The notes beneath the pieces were generated by a model. It was given only the letters and a program-made list of their open reading frames with translations, made no database searches and was not told the origin of the DNA. A stretch of DNA of 64,000 nucleotides, taken from Squalus acanthias (taxonomy: Eukaryota). Of this stretch, positions 49,995 through 62,625 are shown piece after piece. The stretch lies in the NCBI GenBank assembly GCA_030390025.1, contig JASTWF010000349.1, positions 434,001-498,000 of the forward strand, in the 5' to 3' direction. Made by a program: the position numbers and the translations under genes. Numbering within the stretch: the stretch's first letter is position 1; the number at the start of each line of letters is the position of its first letter.

Positions 49995-52130
49995 AGGAGT
50001 GAGCAGGAGAGTGGGATTAGACTGGGTGGGATATTAAAGGGGATGGGGAGTGAGCAGGAGAGTGGGATTAGACTAGATGGGATATTAAAGGGGATGGGGA
50101 GTGAGCAGGAGAGTGGGATTAGACTGGGTGGGATATTAAAGGGTACGGGGAGTGAGCAGGAGAGTGGGATTAGACTGGGTGGGATATTAAAGGGGATGGG
50201 GAGTGAGGGGAGAGTGGGATTAGACTGGGTGGGATATTAAAGGGTACGGGGAGTGAGCAGGAGAGTGGGATTAGACTGGGTGGGATATTAAAGGGGATGG
50301 GGAGTGAGCAGGAGAGTGGGATTAGACTGGGTGGGATATTAAAGGGGATGGGGAGTGAGCAGGAGAGTGGGATTAGACTGGGTGGGATATTAAAGGGGAT
50401 GGGGAGTGAGGGGAGAGTGGGATTAGACTGGGTGGGATATTAAAGGGGATGGGGAGTGAGCGGGAGAGTGGGATTAGACTGGGTGGGATATTAAAGGGTA
50501 CGGGGAGTGAGCAGGAGAGTGGGATTAGACTGGGTGGGATATTAAAGGGAGTGAGCAGGAGAGTGGGATTAGACTGGGTGGAATATTAAAGGGAGTGAGT
50601 AGGAGAGTGGGATTAGACTGGGTGGGATATTAAAGGGGATGGGGAGTGAGGGGAGAGTGGGATTAGACTGGGTGGGATATTAAAGGGGATGGGGAGTGAG
50701 CAGGAGAGTGGGATTAGACTGGGTGGGATATTAAAGGGTACGGGGAGTGAGCAGGAGAGTGGGATTAGACTGGGTGGGATATTAAAGGGGATGGGGAGTG
50801 AGGGGAGAGTGGGATTAGACTGGGTGGGATATTAAAGGGGATGGGGAGTGAGCAGGAGAGTGGGATTAGACTGGGTGGGATATTAAAGGGGATGGGGAGT
50901 GAGGGGAGAGTGGGATTAGACTGGGTGGGATATTAAAGGGGATGGGGAGTGAGCAGGAGAGTGGGATTAGACTGGGTGGGATATTAAAGGGGATGGGGAG
51001 TGAGGGGAGAGTGAGATTAGACTGGGTGGGATATTAAAGGGGATGGGGAGTGAGGGGAGAGTGAGATTAGACTGGGTGGAATATTAAAGGGAGTGAGCAG
51101 GAGAGTGGGATTAGACTGGGTGGAATATTAAAGGGAGTGAGCAGGAGAGTGGGATTAGACTGGGTGGAATATTAAAGGGAGTGAGCAGGAGAGTGGGATT
51201 AGACTGGGTGGAATATTAAAGGGAGTGAGCAGGAGAGTGGGATTAGACTGGGTGGGATATTAAAGGGAGTGAGCAGGAGAGTGGGATTAGACTGGGTGGG
51301 ATATTAAAGGGAGTGAGCAGGAGAGTGGGATTAGACTGGGTGGGATATTAAAGGGAGTGAGCAGGAGAGTGGGATTAGACTGGGTGGAATATTAAAGGGA
51401 GTGAGCAGGAGAGTGGGATTAGACTGGGTGGGATATTAAAGGGAGTGAGGGGAGAGTGGGATTAGACTGGGTGGGATATTAAAGGGTACGGGGAGTGAGC
51501 AGGAGAGTGGGATTAGACTGGGTGGGGTATTAAAGGGGATGGGGAGTGAGGGGAGAGTGGGATTAGACTGGGTGGAATATTAAGGGCAGTGAGGGGAGAG
51601 TGGGATTAGACTGGGTGGGATATTAAAGGGTACGGGGAGTGAGCAGGAGAGTGGGATTAGACTGGGTGGGATATTAAAGGGTACGGGGAGTGAGCAGGAG
51701 AGTGGGATTAGACTGGGTGGAATATTAAAGGGAGTGAGGAGGAGAGTGGGATTAGACTGGGTGGAATATTAAAGGGAGTGAGGAGGAGAGTGGGATTAGA
51801 CTGGGTGGAATATTAAAGGGAGTGAGCAGGAGAGTGGGATTAGACTGGGTGGAATATTAAAGGGTACGGGGAGTGAGCAGGAGAGTGGGATTAGACTGGG
51901 TGGGATATTAAAGGGAGTGAGGAGGAGAGTGGGATTAGACTGGGTGGAATATTAAAGGGAGTGAGGAGGAGAGTGGGATTAGACTGGGTGGAATATTAAA
52001 GGGAGTGAGCAGGAGAGTGGGATTAGACTGGGTGGAATATTAAAGGGTACGGGGAGTGAGCAGGAGAGTGGGATTAGACTGGGTGGGATATTAAAGGGGA
52101 TGGGGGGAGTGAGCAGGACAGCGGGATTAG
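49995..52130 (+). repeat. 44-51-bp purine-rich minisatellite resembling the CR1 ORF2 stop region
   Basis: Unit gatattaaagggtacggggagtgagcaggagagtgggattagactgggtgg. Confidence 0.95.
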
Positions 52131-52131
52131 A

Positions 52132-52236
52132 ACATTGCAACAGTGACTACACTTCAAAAGTACTTCCTTGGCAGTAAAGCGCTTTGGGATGTCCTGAGGT
52201 TGTGAATGGCGCTATAGAAATGCAAGTACTTTCTTT
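52132..52236 (+). mobile_element. 3' tail fragment of the Deu-type SINE
   Basis: Similar to 30640-30724 (actacacttcaaaag...gctttggga...ggcgctat...tttcttt). Confidence 0.7.
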
Positions 52237-52469
52237 AGAATGAGTGGATCATGGCTGAGTGGCTGGCCTAATTCTGTACTGCAACAATCTCGCATTTAAT
52301 TTCAATAAAACATCCTTCCCTCTGGTAAAATGGGATAAATTCAGATTAACTGCCGCTCAATGTGAATTTCATCTCTTCACTCCCACCTGGCCTAATGATG
52401 TCACTTTGACTCTGTCACTTTGGTGTCAAACAGATGATGAGCTCCACAGTTTGAAAGGATCAATATTTT

Positions 52470-54225
52470 TACATGGTATTTACAGCACAGAAACAGGTCA
52501 TTCGGCCAACTGGTCCGTGCCAGTGTTTATGCTTCACACGAGCCTCCTCCCACCCTTCTTCATCTCACCCTATCAGCATAACCTTCTATTCCTTTCTTAA
52601 GTATTTACCTAGCTTCCCCTGAAATGCATCTATACTATTCACCTCAACTACTCCTTGTGGTAGCGAGTTCAACATTCCAACCACTCAATGGGTAAAAAAA
52701 GTTTCTCCTGAATTCTCTATTGGATTTATTAATGACTATCTTATATTTATGGCCCCTAATTTGGTCGCCCCCACAAGTGGAAACATCTTCTCTACGTCTA
52801 CCCTATCAAACCCTTTCATAATTTTAAAGACCTCTATCAGGTCACCCCTCAGCCTTCTCATTTCTAGAGAAAAGAGCCCCAGCCTGTTCAGTCTTTCTGG
52901 ATAGGTATAACCTCTCAGTTCTGGTATCATCCTTTTAAATCTTTTTAGCATCTTCTCCAGTGCCTCTATATCCTTTTTCTAATATGGAGACCAGAACTGT
53001 TCACAGTACTCTATGATCTAACCAAGGTTCCATACATGTTTAACATAACTTCTTTGCATTTCAATTCTATCCCTCTAGAAATGGACCCCAGTGCTTTGTT
53101 TGAATTTTTATTGCCTTATTAACCTGTTCCACTACTTTTAGTGATCTGTGTATCTGTACCCCTGGATCCCTTTGCTCCTCTACCCCATTTAAACTCCTAT
53201 TTTCCAAAGAGTAGGGGGCCTCCTTATTCTTCCTACCAAAATGCACCACCTCACACTTAACTATATTGAAATTAATTTGCTAATTATACACCCATTTTGC
53301 AAGTTTATTAATGTCTTTCTGTATTTTGTCACAGTCCTCCTCTCTATTAACTTACATCCCACCCCATTCAATTTGGTGTCATATGCAAATTTTGAAATTG
53401 TACTTCTGAGTCCCGAGTGCAAATTGTTTCTGTAAATGGCGAACAGCAGTGGTCCCAGCACCGATCTTGTGGAACACCACTGCCCACTTTTTGCCAGTCT
53501 GAGTAGCCCCTACTCTCTGTCTCTCCGCTGTGTAACCAGCTTGCTTTCCATTCTACTACTTGTCCCCTGACTCCACATGTTCTGACCTTAGTCACGAGCC
53601 TACTATGCGGTGCCTTATCAAGGCCCTTTGAAAATCGAACAATATTACATCTACTACATTACCCTTGTCTACTCTCTCTGTCACTTCTTCAAAGAATGTA
53701 ATAAGGTTGGTCAAGCAAGACCGTCCCTTTTAAAATCTGTGCTGACTACTCTATATTATCTTTTTGGTTTCTTGATGTTTTTCTATTACATCTTTCCTAC
53801 CACCGACGTTAAGCTAACTGGTCTATAGTTCCCTGGACTTGTTCTATCTCCCTTTTTAAATATAGGAATCACATTAGCTGTCCGCCAGTCCTCTGGCACT
53901 ATTCCCTTTTCCAATTCATTTTTATATATATGTAATAGTGCTGTATCTTCCCTAACTTCTTTTAATATGCGCGGATGCAATCCATCCAGACCGGGGTTTT
54001 ATTCTTTCTAAGTTTGATGAGTGTATCAATTATCTCCCCCCACCCCCTGCTCTATCTGAAATGATTTAATAACTTTTTTGTTCTCTTCTTCTAGTGTCAT
54101 GCCCACCATGTTAATTTCTCTGGTAAATACTGAGGCAAAGTAAGTATTTATTATTTCTGCCATTTTGCTATCATTACTTGTTAGTTTATCATGTGCATCC
54201 CTTAGTGGCCCTATCCCTATCCTGA
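52470..54225 (-). mobile_element. CR1 LINE 3' part (similar to the 3430-9790 family)
   Basis: HPRILKE, NYRPVSL, HFGRKN and RGDLIEV in minus-strand ORFs. Confidence 0.88.
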
Positions 54226-56070
54226 TCATGGAATCATGGAATGGTTACAGCACAGAAGGAGGCCATTTGGCCCATTGAGCCTGTGCCAGCTCTCTGCAAG
54301 AGCAATTCAGCTAGTCCCACTCCCCCTGCCCTTTCCTCGTAGCCCTGCAAATTTTTTTCCTTCAGGTACTTATCCAATTCCCTTTTGAAAGCCACGATTG
54401 AATCTGCCGCCATCACCCTTCCAGGCAGTGCATTCCAGATCCTAACCACTTGCTGTATAAAAAAGTTTTCCTCATGTTGCCTTTGGTTTTTCTGCCATTC
54501 ACTTTAAATCTGTGTCCTCTGGTTCTCGACCCTTCTGCCAATGGGAACAGTTTCTCTCTAACTACTCTGTATAGACCCCTCATGATTTTGAACACCTCTA
54601 TCAAATCTCCTCTCAACTTTCTCTGCTCTAAGGAGAACAACCCCAGCTTCTCCAGTCTATCCACGTAACTGAAGTCCCTCATCATGAACCATTCTTGTAA
54701 ATCTTTTCTGCACCCCCTCTAAGGCCTTCACATTCTTCCTAAAGTGCGGTGCCCAGAATTGGACACAATACTGCAGTTGAGGCCGAACCAGTATTTTATA
54801 AAGGTTCATCATAACTTCCTTGCTTTTGTACTCTATGCCTCTATTTATGAAGCCCAGGATCCCGTATGCTTTTTTAACCGCTTTCTCAACCTGCCCTGCC
54901 ACTTTCAACAATTTGTGCACATGTACCCCCAGGTCGCTCTGTTCATGCACCCCCTTTAGAATTGTACCCTTTAGTTTATGTTGCCTTTCCTACCAAAATG
55001 TATCACTTTGCACTTTCCTGCGTTAAATTTCATCTGCCACGTGTCCACCCATTCCACCAGCCTGTCTATGTCCTCTTGAAGTCTATCACTCTCCTCCTCA
55101 CTTTGTGTCATCTGCAGATTTTGAAATTGTGCCCTGTACACCCAAGTCTAAGTCATTAATATATATCAAGAAAAGCAGTGGTCCCTGGGGAACACCACTG
55201 TCTACCTTCCTCCAGTCCGAAAAACAACCGTTCACCACTACTCTCTGTTTCCTGTCACTTAGCCGATTCCTTATCCATGCTGCCACTTTTATTCCATGGG
55301 CTTCAACTTTGCTGGCCAGCCTATTATGTGGCACTTTATCAAACACCTTTTGGAAATCCATGTACACCACATCAACCGCATTGCCCTCATCAACCCTCTC
55401 TGTTACCTCATCAAAAATGTAATCAAGTTAGTTAAACATGATTTGCCTTTAACAAATCCGTGCTGGCTTTCCTCAATTAATCCACACTTGTCCAAGTAAC
55501 TGTTAATTTTGTTCCTGATTATCATTTCTAGAAGCTTCCCCACTACTGATTAAACTGATTGGCCTGTAGCTGCTGGGTTTATCCTTACGCACATTTTTGA
55601 ACAAGGCGTAACATTGCAATTCTCCAGTCCTCTGGCACCACCCCTGTATCTAAGGAGGTTTGGAAGATCATGGCCAGTACCTCCGTAATTTCCACCTTCA
55701 CTTCTCGCAGCATCCTAGGTCCTGATCCTGGTGACTTATCTACTTTAAATACAGCCAGCCTTTCTAGTACCTCCTCTTTATCAATTTTTATCCCATCCAG
55801 TATCTCAACTACCTCCTCTTTCACTATGACTTTGGCAGCATCTTCTTCCTTGGTAAAGACAGATACAAAGTATTCATTTAGTACCTCAGCCATGCCCTCT
55901 GCCTCCATGTGCAGGTCTCTTTTTTGGTCCCCACCCCGCCTCTTACTACCCGTTTACTATTTATATGCCTCCAGAAGACTTTTGGATTCCCTTTTATGTT
56001 AGCTACGAGTCTATTCTCATACCCTCTCTTTGCCCCTCTTATTTCCTTTTTCACTTCCCCTCGGGACTTT
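54226..56070 (-). mobile_element. CR1 LINE 3' part inserted in the previous CR1
   Basis: Has its own 3' tail (atcatggaatcatggaat on +) at ~54226; ORF2 fragments at 54234-55908. Confidence 0.88.
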
Positions 56071-56073
56071 CTG

Positions 56074-56888
56074 GGCTCGATTTTGCCAGGCCCGAGGAGG
56101 CGGGATTGGAGGCGTGTGAGGTGTTAAAATCTCAGAAACTGGCGGGCGGGCCCGATCCCGCCTCCGAGCAATTTTCCCACATGCGAGTTTTCTGACCCCG
56201 TCTCCATCCCGCCTCCAAGAGGCGGGATAGGCCCTTAAGGCCCTTAACAACCAGTTAAGTGCCATTATAATCCAATTTTGAGAGGCCTTTCTGATTTTAA
56301 CACTTTTCCCACGTGGTTCACGTCTCCTCTGGAACACGCCAGTGAATCCTGGTGGCCTCACAAATGGACTGCTGACTAACAGCTGCAGCTCCACCATTAA
56401 AAAGGAGTTTTCAGCAATCATCATTTGCAGGTGGCAGACCTTTGTTGTTTCAGGTCTGGGGGAGCTTTTAGCAGGCCTACTCATTGTTGTGAAAGTTTGG
56501 AGCCTGACACCCATCTCCAGTGTGACCTCCTGGGAAACCCCTCTCCCCACATTGACTGAGCGCTTCCTCAACTGAGGTATATACCAGAAGAATGGGAACC
56601 ATTTATTTCCTTTCCTCCTGGACATCAGATTCAGACGAAGACCAGCCACGGCAGCAGCAGAACCCGGAACAACAACAGCACCAACTGCAGGAGCAACAGC
56701 AGGAGCGCCAAGCTGCTGCTCACCCACCTGAAGCTGCACAGGCCAGAAGGCGCCAGCGCATGGAAGCCCGTCGGCGCAGGAGATACCCCCCAAACAGGGT
56801 CTACAGACAGAAGATCAGCTACCTCAACATGACTGAACAGCAGTGCCAAAGGAGGCTCAGACTTTCGCGAGAGGTAGTGGGTGACATC
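56074..56888 (+). mobile_element. PIF/Harbinger DNA transposon left end and transposase N-terminus, interrupted by an ERV
   Basis: Starts ctg|ggctcgatttt where CR1 homology stops. ORF from 56592 reads RRRYPPNRVYRQKISYLNMTEQQCQRRLRLSREVVGDIC, typical of Harbinger transposase N-termini. Confidence 0.8.
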
Positions 56889-57416
56889 TGTGGAAGTGCA
56901 GTTTTTGTCTCAGATAAAATGGCTTCCTAGACACAAAGAGTGATCCAAAATGGCCGACTCTGACTTGTATTGAATAAAGAAAGAAGTTGTTTATGACTTC
57001 TCACGGAAATGAAATTAAACTTTACAGACTATGTTGTTTTCATAGTACAGAACAAATTATGCTTCTTCTAATCAACTTGAGATAACCAAGGAATAGTGAA
57101 GTAAACAGCCAGGTGCCTTGGCCTTGGTGGGAGAAGAACAGACAGACAGACTCCATTTTGTAGCGATTAGCTAGTCTCATTGTAAGGCATTTCTGATGTT
57201 TTTTAACTCGTAACTTAGCTTACCTTAAACAACATGTCATGTGATATGGGAAGCTTGTGTTTTCAGTGTATAAGATCTTCCAGTTTCTGTGATTCTTCAG
57301 TCTGTCATCGTAGCTATTTGGTTATGGTTGCATTCTCCTTGCAAGTAAAGTAAATAATAAAGCCTTCTTTGACGATATTGTTTAAAGAGTCTTACTCGGA
57401 AGTCGAAACTTCGACA
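56889..57416 (+). mobile_element. ERV 5' LTR (528 bp)
   Basis: tgtggaagt...acttcgaca inverted termini (8/9 match), tataa at ~57269, AATAAA at 57356-57361, followed by a PBS. Confidence 0.88.
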
Positions 57417-57424
57417 GTATTTCT

Positions 57425-57442
57425 TGGAGGTTCCACCGAGAT
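57425..57442 (+). promoter_or_regulatory. Primer binding site, tRNA-Gln
   Basis: tggaggttccaccgagat, the 18-nt complement of the vertebrate tRNA-Gln 3' end. Confidence 0.9.
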
Positions 57443-58175
57443 CGCTTGCTACCTTTCGGTAAGTCACGGACAAAAGACACCATGAATTTCTAGTGACAAA
57501 TCCTGAATGGCCACAGTGATGTTTTATCACAAAAAAAAAGGATTTCTCATTAGATACTGAATTGGTGTAGTCTGTTTCTTCTGACAGGAGTACTGCGATT
57601 GTTAAGACTCGTGTTTTAGATTTGAGTTGAATCTTGTAGCTTTTGCCTTTTTAACGTTAAAAAAAAGGGAGGAGGATACTGACAGCTCAAGTTTCAAAAC
57701 TATCAGGCAAAGGAGGCAAGGGAAAAAGTCGACAGGGTTGTATCCCGGACTGAGTAAAGGTACCAGGTTATGAGAAAGCGCTAAAAGATTAAAACTGCAG
57801 AAAGGTTTAGATAAAAGATTAAAACTGCAGTATCAAGGGTGGGCCCCTTGAGCCGTGAAAGAAGAAAAATAAAAGAATCTCGCAGCAGGGTATAGAGTAT
57901 AAGTTAAATGTTAAGGACTCAGTTTGTAGTGGAGAACAATGCAAAACTGAGAATTGACTAGTTGTTTAGTTTAAAGTATAAGGTTAAATGTTTGATTACT
58001 TGATTTGTTTGCCTGTTTGGGCTTTTACATCTTACTTATAATTGTCTTGATTGTTGTTAGTTCTTGTTATTGTCTTGTAGAACTTTGGATGGTCAGAAAT
58101 ATAATCGTAAGGGGGTAAAGGGTGAAACTTGCGATTTAGAAGAAGAGTGCCTAGTATAATTAAAACTTTACTAAG

Positions 58176-58977
58176 ATGGGAACTTCACAGAGTAAGACCC
58201 CAGAAAAAGGAACTCCAGCCTTTTACATCTTCCAGAACTGTGGTCGGACATCCATAAGGGATTTGTCTGATTGGTCTAAATGGACCAAGAATGACAAACA
58301 CCCGTTCCCTATTGATGGAACTTTTAACCTAGACAGAATTACATGTCTAGAGGACTGTCTCGCAAATAGAGACCCACAAAGAAGAGGTAAAAAGTCAGTA
58401 AATTGGTCAGCCTTTTCAGACTGGAAAAAGGAAGCAGAAAGGCGTAAGGACCGTAGTATACAAGCCAGTAGATCTGACATTAAAAATAAGAGAAAAGACC
58501 CCGTGAGTAAATTGGCTAAACAAGATGAAGTTAGACAAATGACTTTAAGAATAGAAGCAATTATGGGGCAGCATTCTGGAATGACCAAAGAAAATTACCA
58601 GATTCCTTTAATCAATGCCCTCGTAAATGGTCTCAGAACTGAACATTAAAGAACTACTGACTTTAGTCTGCCTAGATTGGAGACATAAAACAACTCCTGA
58701 ATTGACACAAATTCTGAAAGGAATTCAGGAGAGAAATAGGGAGCAAAAGAATAAAGTTTCCCTCTTAATGGAGCAAGCAGCTTCCGCAACACCGACGGAC
58801 CAGAATACTATTTATTCAATACAAGCAGACAATTTCTCTGACCAACATGCCTTTCTCCTATCAGACAATGCCCCTATGAACCTTTTAGGGAGAGATTTGC
58901 TATGCAAAATGCAAGCAACAATAATTTGTTCAGAAAAGGGACTACAGGTGTATGTAGAAGGAATTTACCGACATTGA
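58176..58977 (+). pseudogene. gag: Internally deleted gamma/epsilon-type gag plus protease remnant
   Basis: Myristoylation-type MGTSQS start; matrix W...FPxxGTF; capsid end LVNGLR; protease motif PMNLLGRDLL. One frameshift, and no DTG active site is visible. Confidence 0.8.
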
Positions 58978-59603
58978 AATCTGAAAGGAATGTAAAAAAA
59001 GAAGAAATTTAAAGTTTTACCAGCATGGAAGTTATTAATGTCTGTGCCGAGATAAAAGCTAATATACAAGATTTGTTGAGTGAAAGGAATCTTAAAAGGA
59101 ATACTGGGATCTCAGTTGTGTGAAAGTGTGTTAAAAGTGTAAAAGTTTTCCTGACTGTGAATGTTTAAGTTTGTTAAGTTACAGTATTTATTTTGTCTGA
59201 AAAAAAATCTGTCTAAAAAAAAGGTGTCTGTCATTTTGTTTATGTTTTAGCTCCACCCACTCTTTTGTACAGAGAGCTAAAGGCTGTTTAACCCTTTGAA
59301 GACTTGTTTTGTTGGTTTAAGTTTGTTAATTGTTTTACAAAAGAGGTATAAGCTTCAGCCTTGAAGTCACAGTTGCCAATGTGCCTGGAAAGAAAATTAA
59401 TTTGAATGTTTACAAGGCATGGGTAATTGTTTCTTTGTTAATGTGACTATGGTTTCTTTCTTTTCCAACTGACAATGGTTAGTTTTTTTTAAACAAAATT
59501 GATCTGGATTGAATTGGAGTTATTGCGGTTAATTAACCTATTAAAACCAGACTTTTATTGTGCACGGTGAAATTCTGGTTGGTGTAAATTTGTGTAGACC
59601 GCA

Positions 59604-59740
59604 TTGAATAAGATATTTAATGGTCTGAAATCAGATTTTGAAATATTTACAGTCTTGGATACAGAACGGGTTCTGGTCCATACCATTTGCAGAGGAATCA
59701 CAAGGAAATTCGCCTTTACTGTCAGGGATAGACAGGAATT
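59604..59740 (+). pseudogene. pol: Reverse-transcriptase fragment of foamy/lokiretrovirus-like type
   Basis: With two frameshifts it reads IFNGLKSDFEIFTVLD/QNGFWSIPFAEESQG/KFAFTVRDRQ. Confidence 0.7.
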
Positions 59741-60959
59741 TTATATCAGACTTTGCAGGGAAAGCATTGTGCCCCAAGAATTAGAAAAAAAAACTTTTAA
59801 ACTAATTTAAGTAAAGCATGGTGCGTAAAAACTAAGAAGAACAACAAAAAGTTTGTTTAACAAAAGATTAAGTTTCAGTCTAAGATTTAACCTTGGAGTC
59901 ACGGTTGCTATGGTGAAATCTTCCAAAGCAGTTTGATTTGATTTGCTTAAATGTGAAAAACTAATTTTTCTCCAGTTATATTCAATGTTTTTACAGTATT
60001 TTGGAAAGACATCTGAAGAAAGGACAATAAGAAATATGACGTAATTTACTGGTTCTGCAAGCATGTGCTATTTTGTTTTGTTTTATCTGTTCTGTTCGTG
60101 TTTAGTTAAAGTGTGAAAACACAACTGTCTTTTTCGATCGGGAAAGTTGTTTTTTAATTTACGTAAAGTGACGCAATTGCGTGCGCCTGACAATGTTTCG
60201 CTCCACCTTCTTAAAGACCTGCAAAGGAGTTAACCCTTTCCACTGACAGCTGATTAAGTTCACCGAGCAACAACTTTAGATGACATTTAAAGATATTGGA
60301 CATTATTAAATTTAAGTTTCTTAATTTTAAGTTAATATTTCCCCACAGTGACAGAAGGAAAATTATGATTTGATAAATTAACCCCTTGGGCTCTAAGTAG
60401 AGTCACAATGGAGTCTCTTCTTTCCTTTGTTATATGGAAGTTACCTTGTAAACTAATTGCAGCACTTCTGTCTCCAATGTTAAAACACTGTATAAACCAC
60501 CTAGCCTGGAAATCATTTGTTTCTGAAATTGGAAATGGAAGATAAATTGATAGAAATGAAATTGAACATTGACAAAACCTATCAGTTCAACAGTACTGCT
60601 GTTTGGATTTTGGGATAATGTTGTAATAACAAAATGGACTCAGGCACTATATATATATTGAGTTACTTTTGGGAAAATAAAAGATCCTCTAAAATAATGA
60701 TAAATAAAAAGTTTTAATAACTTGGACCTAGTGAGAATGTTTGATCTATGTTTTCAATCTTAAATATTGTACTGGACAGTAAAGTTTCTCCAGGGCTCAT
60801 GAATGAGATATGAAATAATTAATGGGATGTGTAAAATGGAGAGAGGAAGTGATTGAAGGTGTAAGATAGAAACAGGAGAAATTACACTGCTGAATGGGAA
60901 TTTTAAAAACTTTCTGGTGAAAGTCAGGAAAGTGTAGCTAAGAATAATAAATTGATAGC

Positions 60960-62126
60960 TTTCTCTTGGAGACATTTGTGTCCCTGCCTATAATGAACTT
61001 TTAAGAAAACTGAATTTGATAGCCTGGCCACTATCCAAGATATCGGGACCATGCAGAGGAAGATGAACAAAGACAATCTTTTGATAAGATACCTGAAAGC
61101 CCGAGAAAGGCACATGTGGCATGATATTGAAATACCGGTATGAGTGTGCAAATGTGATTCGTTACGTATGAGGCAATTACCATCTGGGAATGTATGGTGA
61201 ATCTGCACTGAAGAATGGGTCTCAGACATGCTCAGTTACTTGACAACAGCAAGACATGAAATGGTTAATGTGGCTCATGAGAGCGAGACAACTTTTAAAG
61301 CATTGACACATACTCCATCGAGAAACTATCTAATTAATGAAACAATCAGAATAGAGTTAAATACACTGGTACCTGTTAGAGGGATTGAAATTGAAGTTGA
61401 AGTGGAGAGTTACCTGGAATTTGGATTGGGACAATTGAGGGCTAAGGAGAAATCATGTTTAGTAAGAACTATCCACAATATGGATACGAGTAAAATAGCG
61501 ATCTGGAGAATCTTTTAAGTCCATGATTTGTTGATTAGATGTTAAACTGTAATGTTGCTTGAAATGATTGTAAGACTGAATTTAACTGTGACTGTAATAA
61601 TTGTGTTTTGTAGGTAACAGAGCGTGGGAAAAACCAGTGCGAATTCAGTATGAGGTGGTTTTGGTGGTGCCTCCTGTGTCACTACTACCGCAACTACCAT
61701 GCTTTACGGGTCTAACAGTACCTGTCCCATCAACCAACACATTTTACATAATATCGAAACCTATGCTCAAGTGAAACTGACAGTAAATGAGGTACTTAAG
61801 TATGAGCTGCACAATTATGTGGCACAATTCGGATACGACATTCCCCTGTTGTCTAAGGTTATCAGTGAGCTCATGATGCGACTGAACTCCTCCCTAAAGC
61901 ATTTTTATGTTCTGAAGGAAGACAACTCGAGAATAGATATTGAAATTGACAGCATAGGGGACAACTCACACTGGTGGGATAATTGGGCTTAATATATCAG
62001 CACACACTTAGATTTGTATTATTTCACACGCTCTGGTAGTTCTCCAACTTGTAATGATAGTGTATTTGATATATGTAACCTATGTAGTAAGATACACAAG
62101 CCAATTGGGTACTCATGCCCATGACT
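60960..62126 (+). pseudogene. Decayed class I fusion glycoprotein (paramyxovirus-F-like / lokiretrovirus-type env)
   Basis: Collinear fragments DICVPAYNELLRKL; SLATIQDIGTMQRKMN; ICTEEWVSDML; SCVTTTATTMLYGSNSTCPI; heptad-like ISELMMRLNSSL...WWDNW; transmembrane ISHALVVLQLVMIVYLIYVTYVV. Confidence 0.6.
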
Positions 62127-62625
62127 AACCAGCACTAACAAATTGAGCACACCGAAAGAGAAGATCCGAAGCAATGTAGAGGAGACCCCAGGCGGGGTAA
62201 CATCAGGAAAGATAGAAGAAACAGAGGATACCTCAGGCGGGGCAGAATTGGAACACTGGAATGGACTATTAGAAGGGAGAAATCTTCAAGACTCCCTACT
62301 AACTAACGCCCAAGTTGAGAGAGAGCAATAAGAACTAGCTAGAGTAGTCAAGAGCCGATTGTGAGAAGTCAATAAGGATATTTCCTTCTCAAAGAAGGGA
62401 ATTGTAAGAAATAGCTGTTAGATTCAAAGATGGGTTTTAATTCTTAGAACAGAAACTGACAACATGCAGCCAGGAATAGATAGCAGAAATGCCAGCAAGG
62501 TCGAATATCAAGCATCAAAAGACAAATAGAAGTGATAAGGGAATCGTAAAATGCAAAACAACACAGGGGGGTAATAGACAGAAAAAAGGGAGTCAAAAAA
62601 AATTAAATTTTGAAGGACTTACACA

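Noticed and set aside
56592..56930. Host HARBI1 gene
   Set aside because: It is preceded by a transposon terminus inside a CR1 and interrupted by an LTR, so it is a transposon copy rather than the domesticated gene.
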